DNA from: Octopus vulgaris | Lineage: Eukaryota | Direction of reading: 5' to 3' | DNA length: 64,000 nt | NCBI GenBank assembly: GCA_951406725.2 | Contig: OX597837.1 | Span: 1,426,001-1,490,000 of the forward strand | Shown: positions 32,264 through 47,057 of the stretch, one piece after another | Layout: each line of letters starts with the position of its first letter | Position numbering within the stretch: the stretch's first letter is position 1 | The notes under the pieces: model-generated | The model's input: the letters and a program-made list of their open reading frames with translations, nothing else | Databases searched by the model: none | Told to the model about the DNA's origin: nothing | Position numbers and translations under genes: made by a program

Positions 32264-32560
32264 AAGACACGTGACTTAGTGCTGTTTCACTCACGGTCGG
32301 AAGTTCGTAAGTTCAATTCCCGACGACGCGTTCTGTCCTTGAGCAAGACACTTTATTTCACGTTGCCCAAATGAGTTGTATCTGCAATTCAAAGGGGCCA
32401 GCCTTGTCGCGTTCTGTGTCACGATGAATCTCCCTGAGAATATCCCTAGGGTACACGTGTCTGTCGAGTGCTCAACCGCATGCACGCTATTTTCACGATC
32501 AGGCCGTTCCATTGATCATATCAATCGGCACCCTCGTCGTCGTAACCGACGGAATGCCGC
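32264..32560 (+). mobile_element. SINE family C copy
   Basis: acacgtgacttagt...aagttcaattcccgacgacgcgttctgtccttgagcaagacactttatttcacgttgc. Confidence 0.72.
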
Positions 32561-32714
32561 TCATAATGAGTGTATACAAGTTAAAGATTGTGTATATATG
32601 TGTAACGGTGTAAATCTATATGGAAGATTGGCGTGTATATGCGCCGAATTTATGTTCAGTGTGTTTTTGTATGGAATTTGTATGTTTGTTGTGTATGGAT
32701 ACATGTGTATTATC

Positions 32715-32918
32715 TTTTACTTGTTTCAGTCATTTGACTGTGGCCATGCTGGAGCACCGCCTTAAAGGGTATTAGTTGAAGTAATCGATCCCGAGACTAC
32801 TTCTTTGTAAGCCTAGTACTTATTCGATCGGAACTTTTGCCGAACCGCTAAGTTACGGGAGACACAAACACACCAACATCAGTTGTCAAGCAATGACGGG
32901 GGGACAAACACTCACGCA

Positions 32919-32983
<65 letters not shown>

Positions 32984-33300
32984 TTGTAAATGCTTGGCGG
33001 TATTTCGTCTGCCGTTACGTTCTGAGTTCAAATTCCGCCGAGGTCGACTTTGCTTTTCATCCTTTCGGGGTCGATTAACTTAGTACCACCCACGCACTGT
33101 CTGTCCTTGTTTGTCCTCTCTATGTTTAGCCCCCTGGGGACAGCAAATATATATATACATATATACGACAGGCTTCTTTCCGTGTCCTTGTATTAAATTC
33201 ACTCATAAGTCTCTGGTTGTTTCGAATCTTTTGTTGAAGACATTTGCCCAAGATGCCGCGCAGCGGGACTGAACCGAGGACAATGTGATTGAGAAGCCTG
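32715..33300 (-). mobile_element. SINE family A with a family B fragment (32986-33150, plus strand) nested in its internal (CA)n
   Basis: 3' half at 32715-32905, then (CA)n, family B core in opposite orientation, then 5' half at 33160-33300. Confidence 0.72.
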
Positions 33301-33505
33301 TGTACCTGTCACAATTGTTCTTGCGTTATAGGATTTTCAATTTAGATGTATTTATGACAATGTGTGAGTATATAAACATATATATTCGCATGTCGGTTTC
33401 TCTATGTACGTACATGTGTACACACGTATTTAACACAGTTGATAGAGTATTTAACATAAAGTCTGTGTGTCACTTTACGTGTATGTGACGATGTCTTTCT
33501 CTATA

Positions 33506-33562
<57 letters not shown>

Positions 33563-34469
33563 TAGAGCTTCATACATGTGTCCTCGTCGCTTCAACTGTT
33601 TATTCGCATACGCATACATGCTTACTCACATATGCACACATATGTATATGCCGACACATACAAGCAAGTAAACACACGCCCAAGCACATAAAGAAGCATG
33701 TATATAGGTACACACACACACATGTGTATATATATACATATATATTCGTATACATCCTTTTGTAGGAATATACTTAAAAATACAATACATGTACACAGGT
33801 ATATACATACGTATTCATAAGCTTTGTGTGAGTGTGTGTATGATACGCATTTGTGTATGTATATATATATATATATATATATTTGTGCATGCAAACATGC
33901 ATACACACATACGCACACAGCATCACAGGCGTATATAGCTTCCTTCCTATTTTACAAACAACAGACATTTTCACATATAGAGAATAATATTTTGTTTTTG
34001 TTATTTACCTTCTTTTTTTCTAAATGAGACGGATTGTTCACTTGCACTGCGCATGTCTTGGCACGCCTGACTGATTTTGCTGTTCAGTGTGTGTTGCAAA
34101 TCTCGACCTGAAGCGTGTGGTTGATGTGTGACTGGATTTATGTATTTATTTGTTTATTACCTCCCCTTTGCTTTCCCCTTAGTATGCGCGTTACATGTGT
34201 GTATGTATGTATGTATGTATGTATGTATGTATGTATGTATGTATGTATGTATATATATATATGTATACATATGTATATATATATATATACACGATGTGTG
34301 TATGTACGGAATTATAATAAATAGTCTACGAGAACGAAAATCATTCAAATGTTTCCATATTTTTTTATTATGCAATACATATTTGGTTTTTGTTTGCTCC
34401 ACTTCAATTTCTTCACACACATGTATGCAGAAAACTACATAAACATTTGTACACAGACATACAGACATA

Positions 34470-34500
<31 letters not shown>

Positions 34501-35249
34501 CGTCTCTATACATGTGTGTTTGTCTTAGGATATTATTCTCTATGAATATTTATATAATTTATGATGTACGTTTTATATTAACCGGATTTCTTTCTGAAAA
34601 AATTCCTTCTTCTTCTGTATATTTATTTGCTATTATAAAAATTATCATCATCATCACCATCATCATCATTGATATTACATAGAAAGTATGTTTTTAAAAT
34701 TTTGCTTTTTGTTGTTATTAGTATTTATGTTATTGTTATTATCATCATCATCACCATTATTATTGCTATTATTATTATCATTAATATCATTATTATTAAC
34801 ATTTCTGTTTTGGAAATTGTGCTTTTAAGATCTTGGTTATTGTCGTCATCATCATCGTCGTTGTCGTTATAATAATCATCATTATTGGTAGTATTAAGTG
34901 ATAGAATATAGCGAAGAACTCGTGATGGGAAACAACGGAGTAGAGGAACAGTTCTTGTGCAGACTTGAAGAGATGTTCTTAGCTATGCGTCCGGCACTCG
35001 ATCTTCTTCTACGTCACAAAACACGAAGATTTCATTTTCAAAACCGTGGTCACATCTCTTTTGGTCACATGAGAGCCATTTGACGAGATCGAGTGTCAAA
35101 GACCTGAAGTAATATCCAGCACTATAATTATGTTTTTGGCAGACCACGTGATATTCTATTTTTAGCAGAGACCCATCTCTCTTGTGGTCATTCAGGATTG
35201 TTGATATTCGGATGTGGGTTTCTAGTCTGCTGCTGTTCTTAGTAGAAAC

Positions 35250-35900
35250 TGCAGAGTGTTAAGAGAAACTGATAGAGCAGCTGAGGTGCAGACAGCTGTG
35301 AGGGTTTGTGCAACAGGCAAATTGTCTCATTTGGATGGTGTCCCTAATGCTCATAATGGATGCATCCCGGATTTGTTAGCTCCCTTCTTAGCAGTTATCT
35401 GTAACTGTTGGCAATTAACTGGGATCTTTTCCAGCTATGATATCCATGGAGTGGTGGCGCTGCCATAGAAGGACTGCAATAAGGGAGACATTGTTGCTTA
35501 CACCAAGCTCATGACACGGTGAGTCGCAGAGCTTAAGATTTTGGCCAAGATGATATCCTGTCCTCAGTAGTGTGGTCATGGTCGAGCAGACCAACACAAT
35601 ACTCGAGTTATCCAACCACGTAAACCCACACCAACATGGATTACATTTTAGAAATTGTGGATAATAAATGTGTTTTCTGCGAGGGATTGATTCTTTATTT
35701 GGATCAATCTAGAGATTTCGATATTGTCGAACGTCAATTATTGGCGATAGTTTTCCAAGTCTGGATTGCTTCAACGTATCAGGTGAGCATCTCAGTGGTC
35801 GGCGTAAATGGACAGGCATTATAACCATTCCAATCCCACAAATGATCCGTCAAACGTCTCCTCTATGACCACCTCTATAGATTTTGGTTTTAGAGCACTG
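35250..35900 (+). pseudogene. Degenerate Tx1/L1-like LINE RT relic
   Basis: Broken frames give GKLSHLDG (cf. GKSPGLDG), IPDLLAPFLAVICNCWQLTG, LDQSRDFDIVE (cf. LDQSKAFDRVD) and a VRQ..PL remnant, in the expected order. Confidence 0.65.
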
Positions 35901-36268
35901 GCTATGTAACTTAGTGGTGCTGAGGGTTATTCTACTGCGACAAAAACGCGGTGTCGGGCACTGGCCCTTAAGAGATGAAAGCGTTAACAAAAGGGTAAAA
36001 GTGTTCAGTGGTAAAGAACAATGATCAGAAATCGTTCGACCGACGTCTGTGCGGAGGTGCAAAAGCTGCAAATGAGAGATGAGATGAAATTTGCAGCGCA
36101 GATCGAATTTTCAACAATATATTTATCGTAATCTGACTTAGTTCCAGTTGTAAAGTTCAATACAATTGAAGAAACAATGCATACAAGCATAAAAACAAAC
36201 GTCATGTGTCTGTGTGTGTGTATGTGTGTATACAAACATGCATACATAATACCTATATATTACGTATC

Positions 36269-36300
<32 letters not shown>

Positions 36301-36321
36301 AATACATACGTAAATATTTAC

Positions 36322-36354
<33 letters not shown>

Positions 36355-36882
36355 AATATATATATGTATGTGTGTATATGTATATATATTTGTGTGCGTG
36401 TATGTATATGTGTGTGTATGTAAATATATATACGCATATCTATATGTGTATGTATATAGATGACACGAGAAGATGCTTATGTGCAAACACTCTAACATAT
36501 ACACACATCCCACATACATACATACGTGCACACACACACTCTTTCTGTCTCACATACATACATACGTACACGCACACGCACACACACACATACTGTTTCT
36601 CTCTCGCTCTCACATACACATACTCACATACACATACACGCATACGCGCACACAACGTCTACACTAGCAGGAATGATATCAAAGTTCTTTCAATTTCATT
36701 AAAACACAATTCACGCACGACCAGTAAATTAAATTTTACAATAGCGGTAAATATAATTACACAAGATAAACACAATTACAGTAGCGATAAACATTATTAG
36801 GGAATTTGCTTTACTTAGTTTTCTCAATTTTCGTTCTGCCTAAATACTCATTTCATTTTGCTTTTTCTGTGCAGATAGGGTG

Positions 36883-36950
<68 letters not shown>

Positions 36951-37209
36951 ATACACACACACACACACACACACAGAGTTACGTATATACACGTACATGA
37001 ACGTGCATACACAGGCGCATATTTTGGTGAGATTTTATGTTGTGTTTGTTAGAGGCAGAGAGGGAGAAAGAGAGAGGGAGAGAGAGAGAGAGAGAGTGTG
37101 TGTGTGTGTGTGTGAGAAAGAGAAAGAGAGAGAGATAAAGAGAAATAGAGAGTAATATTGAGAATGGGAATCGAAATAAATTTTTGTGTGTGTGTATGCA
37201 TGTATATAA

Positions 37210-37247
<38 letters not shown>

Positions 37248-37524
37248 TTGTTTGTGTATTTTTATATATATATATATATATACATACCTCGCGTTGTTGT
37301 GTTTTCTTGCTGTTCATGTTTGGATTAACTATATATATATACATATATATATTTACACGCATACATACATATGTTCAAATATATATGTAGACATCCATGC
37401 ATGCATATGTATGTTTTCCATACAAACACATATGTACACATATATAAATTTCACAATGAGAAGGCTGACATCGAGTTTGAAGTTTCGGTTTGCGAGACTT
37501 CTTCAGACAATATTCATGTGTGTT

Positions 37525-37575
<51 letters not shown>

Positions 37576-37592
37576 GCACACACACATACATA

Positions 37593-37648
<56 letters not shown>

Positions 37649-38124
37649 TATATATGGGTAGCGTAGCTTAAGCTAAGGAATAAGGGGTGGGAGGATACCT
37701 CTTCAGTGACCGTTTCCCTACTTATTGACTACTCCTCAGAGAAGGCGTACCCGGTTTCCTTTCCCCGCTAATAATATAAACCAGCTGACTGCATGTGTAT
37801 AGATATTTCTGTGTGCGAATAGACACGTGTGTGTGTGTGTGTGTACACACACGGATATATGTACGAGATAGAGACGAAATGTTAATATGCCTGAGTATGG
37901 AGATGAAGTATATGTTTGTGAAGTGTACATGTACGTACAGTGGTGTTTGATATCATCAAGCAGAAGAAAATGTCTGAAATAAGTGAAAAATAGAAAACAA
38001 AATATTATCTGTCTACAACACGTGATTAACACTTGTTGACGACATTTGAAACCGAGTAAGTGCAACATGAACTCCAGTGACAATAGTAATTTTGATAGGC
38101 ATAAATAAGGAGACATTAATGGTA

Positions 38125-38918
38125 CATTAATGGTTTTGAATTTTGGCACAAAGTCAGTCATTTTGAGGGAAGAAGTTTGCCGATTACACCGACCCTAGAA
38201 TTTGAACTCGGAACGTAAATACCCGGATGAAATGCGGATAAAAAGTCGTCAGACGCGTTAAACGATTCTGCCAGCTCGCCTTCTTCGATAATCTTTGCAA
38301 TCCGTGAACAACCCGTGAAATTTTTGACGAGGGTGGTCAGTTAGTTACATCGATCTCATTTCATTAAGACCGAAATACGTCACAAAGAAGTAGACCACGG
38401 TGGCACTTGTGCTCAGAACGTAAAGGGGCAGAAGAAATTACGCTAAGCATTTCATCCGGCATGCGAACTGTTTTCTACACTAGGTACAAGGCTGGAAATT
38501 TGTGGGAAGGGGGGGCAGTTGATTAGATCAGTTGATTAGTTGATTAGTACGCAACTGGTACTTAATTTATTGACCCCGAAAGGATGAAAGGCAAAGTCTA
38601 CAACGGCGGAATTTGAACGGAATGTAAAGACAGACGAAATACCTCTAAGCATTCCGCCCGGCGTACTAAAGTTTCTGCCAGCTCTTCTTAATAATAATAA
38701 TAATCCTTTCTACTATAGGCAGAAGGCCTGAAATTTATGGGGAGGGGGCTAGTCGATTAGATCATCCCCAGTGTTTCTCTGGTACTTGATTTATAAACCC
38801 CAAAATTAGGAAAGCTAAGTCAACATCAGCTGTATTTGAACTCAAAACCTACAGATGGACAAAATACCGGTAAACATTTCATCCAGCATTCTACCTATTC
38901 TGCCAGCTTGCTGCCTTT

Positions 38919-38920
<2 letters not shown>
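38125..38920 (-). mobile_element. Head-to-tail array of four SINE family B copies ending at (TAA)n
   Basis: Reverse-complemented heads (ttctgccagct) at about 38266, 38674 and 38898 plus a decayed one near 38460; (TAA)n linkers at 38689-38703 and 38918-38964. Confidence 0.78.
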
Positions 38921-38965
<45 letters not shown>

Positions 38966-39228
38966 GGTAGTTGAACTAAATAAGCAGAAACATCTAGTTT
39001 TTATAGTTGTAAGTTGTGACTTTCCGTTATATGCTTCATGTGATACTTTAAGGTCCAGTAAACACAGGCTCCCTTCTTTTAACAACCACTAATCTCACAT
39101 AGACATACACACATATGTTTATGTGTGCATATGCTTAGATGTATGTGTACGTATATATATGTATATGTATGTATAAATGTATCAAGAGGTAATTTTGTGT
39201 ATGTATATGTAAACAGGTGTATTTATGC

Positions 39229-39264
<36 letters not shown>

Positions 39265-39279
39265 AGATATGTGTGTATA

Positions 39280-39326
<47 letters not shown>

Positions 39327-39595
39327 GATATATAAACATATAGATATGTACAGACAGATACATTAAATACATCTAAAAATATACAATTCAGACTTCTTAC
39401 AGAGACGCACACAAATATTGAAGGTAAAGACTCGTCCGATAACAAATGCTGAAGATATTCAATTGAAAACCTCAGACATATTTTCACACGCTAACTATAT
39501 ACACACCAGTTGCATATATACACATATATACAGGTATGTATTGCAGTTCACTTTTATGCGTACAGTCATATATATACACACACACATATATATAT

Positions 39596-39655
<60 letters not shown>

Positions 39656-39908
39656 GCTTATATTTAAATGTACATATATATATATGCATAAATATACACA
39701 TACATATGTTTATAGCTTAGGTATTCACTGTACACAATGCTCTTTGTAGTGCTCGAGAGATTTGATCTTGAAGCAGGTGGAGGAATAAATGTAAGGAAAA
39801 GCAAGTTAGGCAAAACGATATACAAAATATATTAAATACATTTAATGCAAAAATTGTACGTGTTTACATATAAAAAGATTTGAGTTACACAAAATAGAAA
39901 TGATATAT

Positions 39909-39963
<55 letters not shown>

Positions 39964-39969
39964 CACACA

Positions 39970-40965
39970 CAGTGTGCGTTGAATAAAATATCGTCCAAAT
40001 TAATCAAAAATGAAAATAAACATTGACATCTCATTTTAAAAGATATATCTACCAAAATTATCTTGAAATACTAAAGAGTAAATTTATTCAATAAAACATG
40101 GTTTCAACCGCGGCCTCCAGACGACTTTGGAATCTTTTGCAGCTTTTCTGGATGACCTCCTTGATTAAGTTGGTCCCTCGCCCAACTGAACCCCACACAA
40201 TAATCAAAGGGGATGCTGTCTGGGGTGTTAGGTGGCCAGACGATAGGGTTGATGTTGTCGCAGAAATTGTCTGACAGCCATGACTGGGTTCTCTTGCTTG
40301 AGTGGCATGGTGCAAAGTCCTGTTGTTAGACACAGGGTCTTCCAGCAGCCACCTTCTTGACCCAGAGTAATACTACCTCCTCGAGGCACTTGATGTAGGT
40401 CTCCATGTTCAGTCTGAGGCCGTGAAGGAAGATGAATGGAGGCATAACATCGCCATCACTAGGAATCACCCCAAACACCATGATGTTGATTGGATGTTTG
40501 ATTTTTATCAGTATTGGTACATGTTTTGGGATACCGGCAGGCCAACGGTTGTTCTGTGTTCACTTTCCGATCCTGGGAGAAATTTTTCTCGTCTGAGAAA
40601 AACCAAAGCATATTCGGTTGGAGGGGATACTTGAGTTCGTTGAAAAGCTTCCTAGCGCGGTTGTTCCTCTTGTCTTTGAGGGCTTGGGATAAAAATTGGC
40701 CCTTTCTCATCTTGTATGAGGAATACCGAATGTCTTCATGCACTACCTGTACGATAAACAACGCAGAAACTCCCATGTCCCTGGCGATAGACCTGATTAA
40801 CTTGGAAGGACCGTTGCCAATCATGGCTTGGATCTCACCAACAAATTTAAAAGTTCTTTTCTTATCCGAGCGATCAGAGTGAGTTTTCCGACTTGCCATA
40901 CCTTCGCAATCACAATTAGCCTCATCCAACTCTTTCCGAATCCTCTGCACTCTCCTCAGATTGAG
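39970..40965 (-). mobile_element. Tc1/mariner DD37D (maT-type) transposon remnant, 5'-truncated
   Basis: Minus-strand frames give HTH-like SIARDMGVS, WFFSDEKNF (D1), QQDFAPCH (D2) and WPPNTPDSIPFDY (D3), with exactly 37 residues between D2 and D3. Stop and frameshift lesions; C-terminal RFQSRLEAAVE. Putative TIR begins cagtgtgcg at 39970. Confidence 0.88.
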
Positions 40966-41034
40966 GACAGTGTTATTATGTATATGTTTCTTTTTATAAA
41001 CATAAATCTGTCCTCAAATATGTTACCCACTCTG

Positions 41035-41163
<129 letters not shown>

Positions 41164-42033
41164 GCTCATATATGTATATGTTTGAGTGTGTATACTTACA
41201 TACGCACATATACTTGTATGTGTATAAACAAGTCCCCCACACACACACAGATACAGTTTACCTTATTGCTGTTCCCTGTATTTTATTGTCCATTTGTTGT
41301 TTTGTTCCCTCTCCGTTTCTCGTCACAGAGATACTCAACCAGCCTCAGACAGTCACAGACAGTAAACCACAGTCATGTAGGCATTGAGACGTGAATTTAG
41401 CCGGAATAAAATCTGGAATGCTAGGGAGATGGTGATGGTGGAAGTGTGAGATTGCCCCAACCGTAATAAAAACCTGAGGGTGTTTGTTGGGGGTCAGTAA
41501 GTGTAAAAACGGTGAGGAGTGCAACCATTTTCTCCCATTAAGAACTTAGGCTAATTATTGCAAGCTTTAGCCAGACAGATTCAGCATAATTATCTTCTTC
41601 AATGTGTGTGTATATGTATGTATATGTGTGACGCATCCATTTCCAAGTGCGTGTGTGTGTATATATATATAGAGAGAAAGAGAGAATATACGTATGAATA
41701 TACTTATATTCATTTGTGTATATATTCATATAGATATGTATATGTGTGTGTGTGTGTGTCTTTATTCATACAGATCTACATATATAAATTTACAAATATA
41801 TATATTATTCACACACACACACACACACATACACACACATATTTGAATATACACTAAATATTTCAAATAAAACTAATAATATATCATAACGTATCAATTT
41901 TGAATTATTTTATTTTAAAATTCTGTGAACATTGTCACGTGTACTAGGGTGGGGAAACATCTCTGGAAGAAACTGAAACAAGTATGGAACCTTTGGATGA
42001 ATGGCAGCAAATCACGCACACACACACATATAA

Positions 42034-42081
<48 letters not shown>

Positions 42082-42168
42082 GCACACACACATAGAGAGA
42101 GAAAGAGGGAGTGAGAGAAAAACGCTTATACGTATATTTTATGTCTATGTAGTTCTTTGTCTCTTTGA

Positions 42169-42214
<46 letters not shown>

Positions 42215-42236
42215 CTACATATGCTTATATGCATAC

Positions 42237-42319
<83 letters not shown>

Positions 42320-42528
42320 TTTCAATAAAACTTATTCTAGTCAGGGAAGTCCCGTGTGGAATTTCACACTCCAAAGACAGTCTTGGGAAACACGGTTCCA
42401 TAAACCATAATATAATACTGACATATTTACTGCGTTACACACACACAAACACACACGCATACACACACACAAAACTACTCTGACACACACGCATACATTT
42501 TAAAGAGGTACAAAGCTCAGAAAGTTAT

Positions 42529-42563
<35 letters not shown>

Positions 42564-42601
42564 ATGCCACATGCTCTCTCGCATACAGATACACACACTG
42601 G

Positions 42602-43005
42602 AAATCATCATCATCGTCATCATCATCGTCATCATCATCATCATCATCAATGCCATCATCCTCATCCTCATAGCTAGAAGCACCAGAACCACCATTTCTA
42701 CCATCTTCATCACCATCTTCATCATCATCATCATCGCCGCAACCACCACCACCATCATCATTGCCATCATCATCATCGCGGTAGCTGCACATGCTCTAGT
42801 ACCATTATCATCATCATCATCGTCATCATTATTACTGTCGTCGCCATTTCAATCATCATCATTATCATCTTCATAGTCCTCAACATAATTGTCATCACCA
42901 TCGCCACCACCATCACCAGTGTCATCACCCTCGCCGTTCTTCTCCTGCTCATCATCATCAAGAACAACAATGACGAACTTCTACAATAACGACAACACCA
43001 ACAAC
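42602..43005. repeat. (CAT)n/(CAC)n-rich trinucleotide tract
   Basis: Directly visible; source of poly-D/M/I pseudo-ORFs. Confidence 0.9.
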
Positions 43006-43762
43006 ATCTGAGCCTGTATACAGAACCATAGAAACAATACATTTAATGAATGTAGTCCAACATACACTGTGGCAAAAAAAAAGGAGAATAAAAAATCAAA
43101 AACAAAACACGTAAGAAAAAATATTTTCAAAAAAAAACCATCAAACAACTGGATGGTTACACTTGGAATGTCTTTGATCATAGGTCAGCAGAACAATAGC
43201 TGACCTAGGGCTAAAAACGAATCACAACAATAACAACAACAACAACGATTTTGTTCTTGTGTTTTATTTTACGATGCTTTTTGTCGTAAGTGTTGTTGTT
43301 GTTGTTGTCGTCACTGATTGGGCGTTGGTATTATTTATTTATTTATTTATTTGGCGTTTGTTATCAAAGACTATTCAGGCTTCTATTATACTAATTCTCT
43401 GTTTTGTTGTTGGAGGCGGCGGCGGCGGTGGTGGTGGGGGTGGGGGGGGGGGGGTGTTGTCTGTCCTTCGTTAATAAAGCTTTTCTTGATTTTGTTAGCC
43501 TTGCTGTCTTTGTGATGATGGTGCTGTTGGTAATGGTAGTGGTGGTGGTGGTAGTGAAGGAGGTGCTGGTGGTTGTAATGGTGTGGCGCGGATCTGCTGA
43601 CTTCTATTCTTGCCGTCCTTCCTCAATTGTAGTCATGTTAACTAAAACCTTTCAGCTATACCACGGAAATATTCTCCTTGCTGTTTCTTTTTTTTTGTTT
43701 TGTTTTCTCTCTTGGTTCTCCTTACATTTATTTGGCCAGCTATCTGTCTGTCTCTCTGTCTG

Positions 43763-43807
<45 letters not shown>

Positions 43808-43890
43808 GTAATCTATCTATCAGTCTATCTATCACTGTTTTTTTACTCTCTTTCTCTCTCACACATACACACAGTATGTACACACACATA

Positions 43891-43942
<52 letters not shown>

Positions 43943-44067
43943 CTATCCATCTATCTATCTCTCTAATCAGCTACAGTATCTTAGCTTTTGTTATTTCTCT
44001 CCGAGTTATTTACTTTGATTAGTAATAAAACAGAATTGCTTTCACACACACACACATCGTGAAAGTG

Positions 44068-44101
<34 letters not shown>

Positions 44102-44180
44102 GATATATAGATATATATTTATATTTTCTGCATTTCCTCTCTTACCATTTAAGTGTATCTACACCTATCACTTTATATAT

Positions 44181-44233
<53 letters not shown>

Positions 44234-44360
44234 TGTGTGTGTGTGACGCATACACATCCATTTAAACATACATATAGTCATACAATGACAAATACGTTTC
44301 CTCCATACACGCATATAATCACACATCCAAATAAACCCCTCTCTCTGCCTAATCTTGCGG

Positions 44361-44404
<44 letters not shown>

Positions 44405-45959
44405 ATCTACACATGATGTAGAAAGAGAAAAAGCAAGGGGAACAATCAGTATAACGACATTAACCACAGCTGGAAAGATTTGCAAGACCAAGCTGAGATC
44501 GAATGCCACGCTTCACTGCATTAATTGAACTGACCACCGTGGTCACTAACTGGTCAGAGGAGAACGTTTAAGTTGGCATGAAATGAAGGGAGCTGGTGTG
44601 TGTACGTGTACGTGTGTATGAGGGCTGGGCAGTTTATTTATATAAAGATATATATATTCCGTTATGTACCATCGCTAATTCCTTCCCTATACATCATGTA
44701 TGTATATTTGAGTGTGTTTGCCGATTGCGGTAGTTTATATAATGATGTGTATACACGTATTCCATTTTCTGGTGTCTTTCTATCTATTATCTATCTATCA
44801 ATAGTTCTAACTAGATAGAATCAATGATTCTATCTAGTCAATGATTCTATCTAGTTATCTATCTGTCTTTCTCTTTATCTGCGTATCTAGCATTCTATTT
44901 AGTTATCCGTCTGTTTTTCTATCCATCCATCCATTTATTTCTATCTAACAGTTTATCTCACTTTATGTCTATCTATCTATCTATCTATGTGTGAGCACGT
45001 GAGTGTGTGTGTGTGTGTGTGTGTGAGTGAGTGAGTGAGTGTATGAGTATATCTTTATAGAAACAAGGCGTACATATGTGCATTTCATTACGTAGATTTT
45101 ATATGTTCGTGTCATGTGTGCGTGTTTATATATGTGCATAGCCGTAACCTGGAACATAACTCTAAGCCACCACGGTATCCGCTCGAATTATATATCCCTC
45201 CAAATTCACATTTATATGTGTGTGTGTGTGTGTGTGTACATACAAAATATGTAGAAATAATGTATAATGAGAGAAAGTGGCGTGCGTTCATGCGTATGTG
45301 TACTATACACAGACACACACACACACATATACACACATATATGCGCACGTATGTGCAGACATTATAAAAAAAAATACCTGTTACCTGATCAGAGACTGGG
45401 ATGTTGGTTTTGATACTGGAATGCTAATGCCGGGATTTAGGAAGAGCAGTTACCAGGAGCTCAGCCTAACTTGGAGAAGAACATAGATACACACACACAC
45501 ACACACACACACATCGGAATATCAAACTATGAAATACCATGAAATAAATTCTATATTTCTGAAGATTATTTCTGTCTGTAGAGGGAATGTTTCATAATTC
45601 CCAGTTGAAGCTGGTTTTAATTGCCATCTGGTAATTATGACGTATCCAATATTAGCGAAGATAACTTCAATAGACGAAGAACTTATGCTGTATGGTATCT
45701 GATACGCCTGTATTTCTTTATGGCGTTCAAATGCACGCCATTGACCATTGTCAGTTATTTTCTCGTAGCCCATGTTTGTTCATATAGAGAGTGAAAGTGA
45801 GAGGGAAAGCGATACAGATAGGTGTGTGTGTGTGTGTGTGTGTGTGCGAGAGGGAGAGAGAGGGGGGTTACGTCAGTTCCAATATTAGAACCTCCAGGTG
45901 CGGTCAGTTCCGTGGCTTGACCGAAGATCTTTGTCATAAGGTCGCGGCTGGAGATGACA

Positions 45960-46350
45960 GGAATATAGACAAGTGTCGGTGGATAGAATGAAGCTAAAAA
46001 TCAACAGAATGTTCCTTAGGTGAGTGGAACTGGCCAGAGAAAGGCCAAGAATGTCGGTGGGAGGATGGGTCAAAGAACAACAGAGAAGAACAGGTCACGA
46101 GAGGACTGTGGGGGTGGGTGGAAGAAGATTCTGGAAGAGGAAAGTCTCGAGAAATGACCACCACCACCACCACCACCACCACCACCCGCTCCTTCGAGGG
46201 CAAGAACAGAGCAGAAATTAGAATGTTTGCCAATACTTGGGGATGTGTAAGGGTTTAGTGTTTAGGGAGTCAGGCTAAGGGCCGGAGGGAAGGCTGCGAA
46301 ATTGCAGATGGGAAGGTCAAATAGGAGGGAGGTCGTCCAACGTATGAAGG
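45960..46350 (-). mobile_element. Possible degenerate Penelope-like (GIY-YIG end) relic
   Basis: Minus strand DILGLSLASSTHLRNILLIFSF loosely resembles the C-terminus of PLE endonuclease domains. Weak evidence. Confidence 0.25.
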
Positions 46351-46721
46351 AAGAAAAAGAAACCAAGAGCTGCTGCAGCAGCAGCAGTAGTAGTACTAGT
46401 AGTAGTAGTAGTGGTAGTTGTAGTGTGGTGATGGTGGTGATAACGGTGGTAGCAGTAGTAGTAGTAGTAGAAAGGTGATTTTAGTGGTGGTAGTAGTAGT
46501 AGTAGAAAGGTGGTGGTGGTGATAGTAGTAGTAGTAGTAGTAGTAGCAGTAAAGCTTTGGGATTACTGTATTAGGGAAAGTGGAGTTGCATTAAAGCGTT
46601 GTGATGTTGATTAGAATGATGATGGTGATGATGATTGAGGATCTTAGGACGTAAATAACTATAACGAATACCTTGACGTATATTTTGTTCGACGCACTTC
46701 CAAATCTGTTTATTCACCTCT

Positions 46722-46920
46722 ATAGAGGCACAAGGCCAGCAATTTTGTGGCAAGAGAATGGTCGATTACATCGACCTCCAGTGCACAACTGGTACTTATT
46801 TCCTCGACTCCGAAAGGATGAGAAGCAGAGTCGACCTTGGCACAATTTGAACGCGAAACGTAAAGACGGTCAAAATGCCATGGAGCATTTTATCCGGCAT
46901 GGTATCGATCTTGCCAGTTC
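46722..46920 (-). mobile_element. SINE family B copy
   Basis: ggtacttatttcctcgactccgaaaggatgagaagcagagtcgacc. Confidence 0.72.
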
Positions 46921-47057
46921 AGTACATGAAATCAATAATAACAATGATGATGATGATGATGATGACGGCCAGTGATGCTATTATTTTATTTGTCAGAGAG
47001 TATGAGGACCCCCTAATCACCACTGCAAGAAAAAACAACAAATTATCGACATGTATA

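Noticed and set aside
34898-35083. ORF containing LEEMF...HFQNRG, superficially homeodomain-like
   Set aside because: It lacks the invariant W, the helix spacing is too short, and it lies beside a decayed LINE relic.
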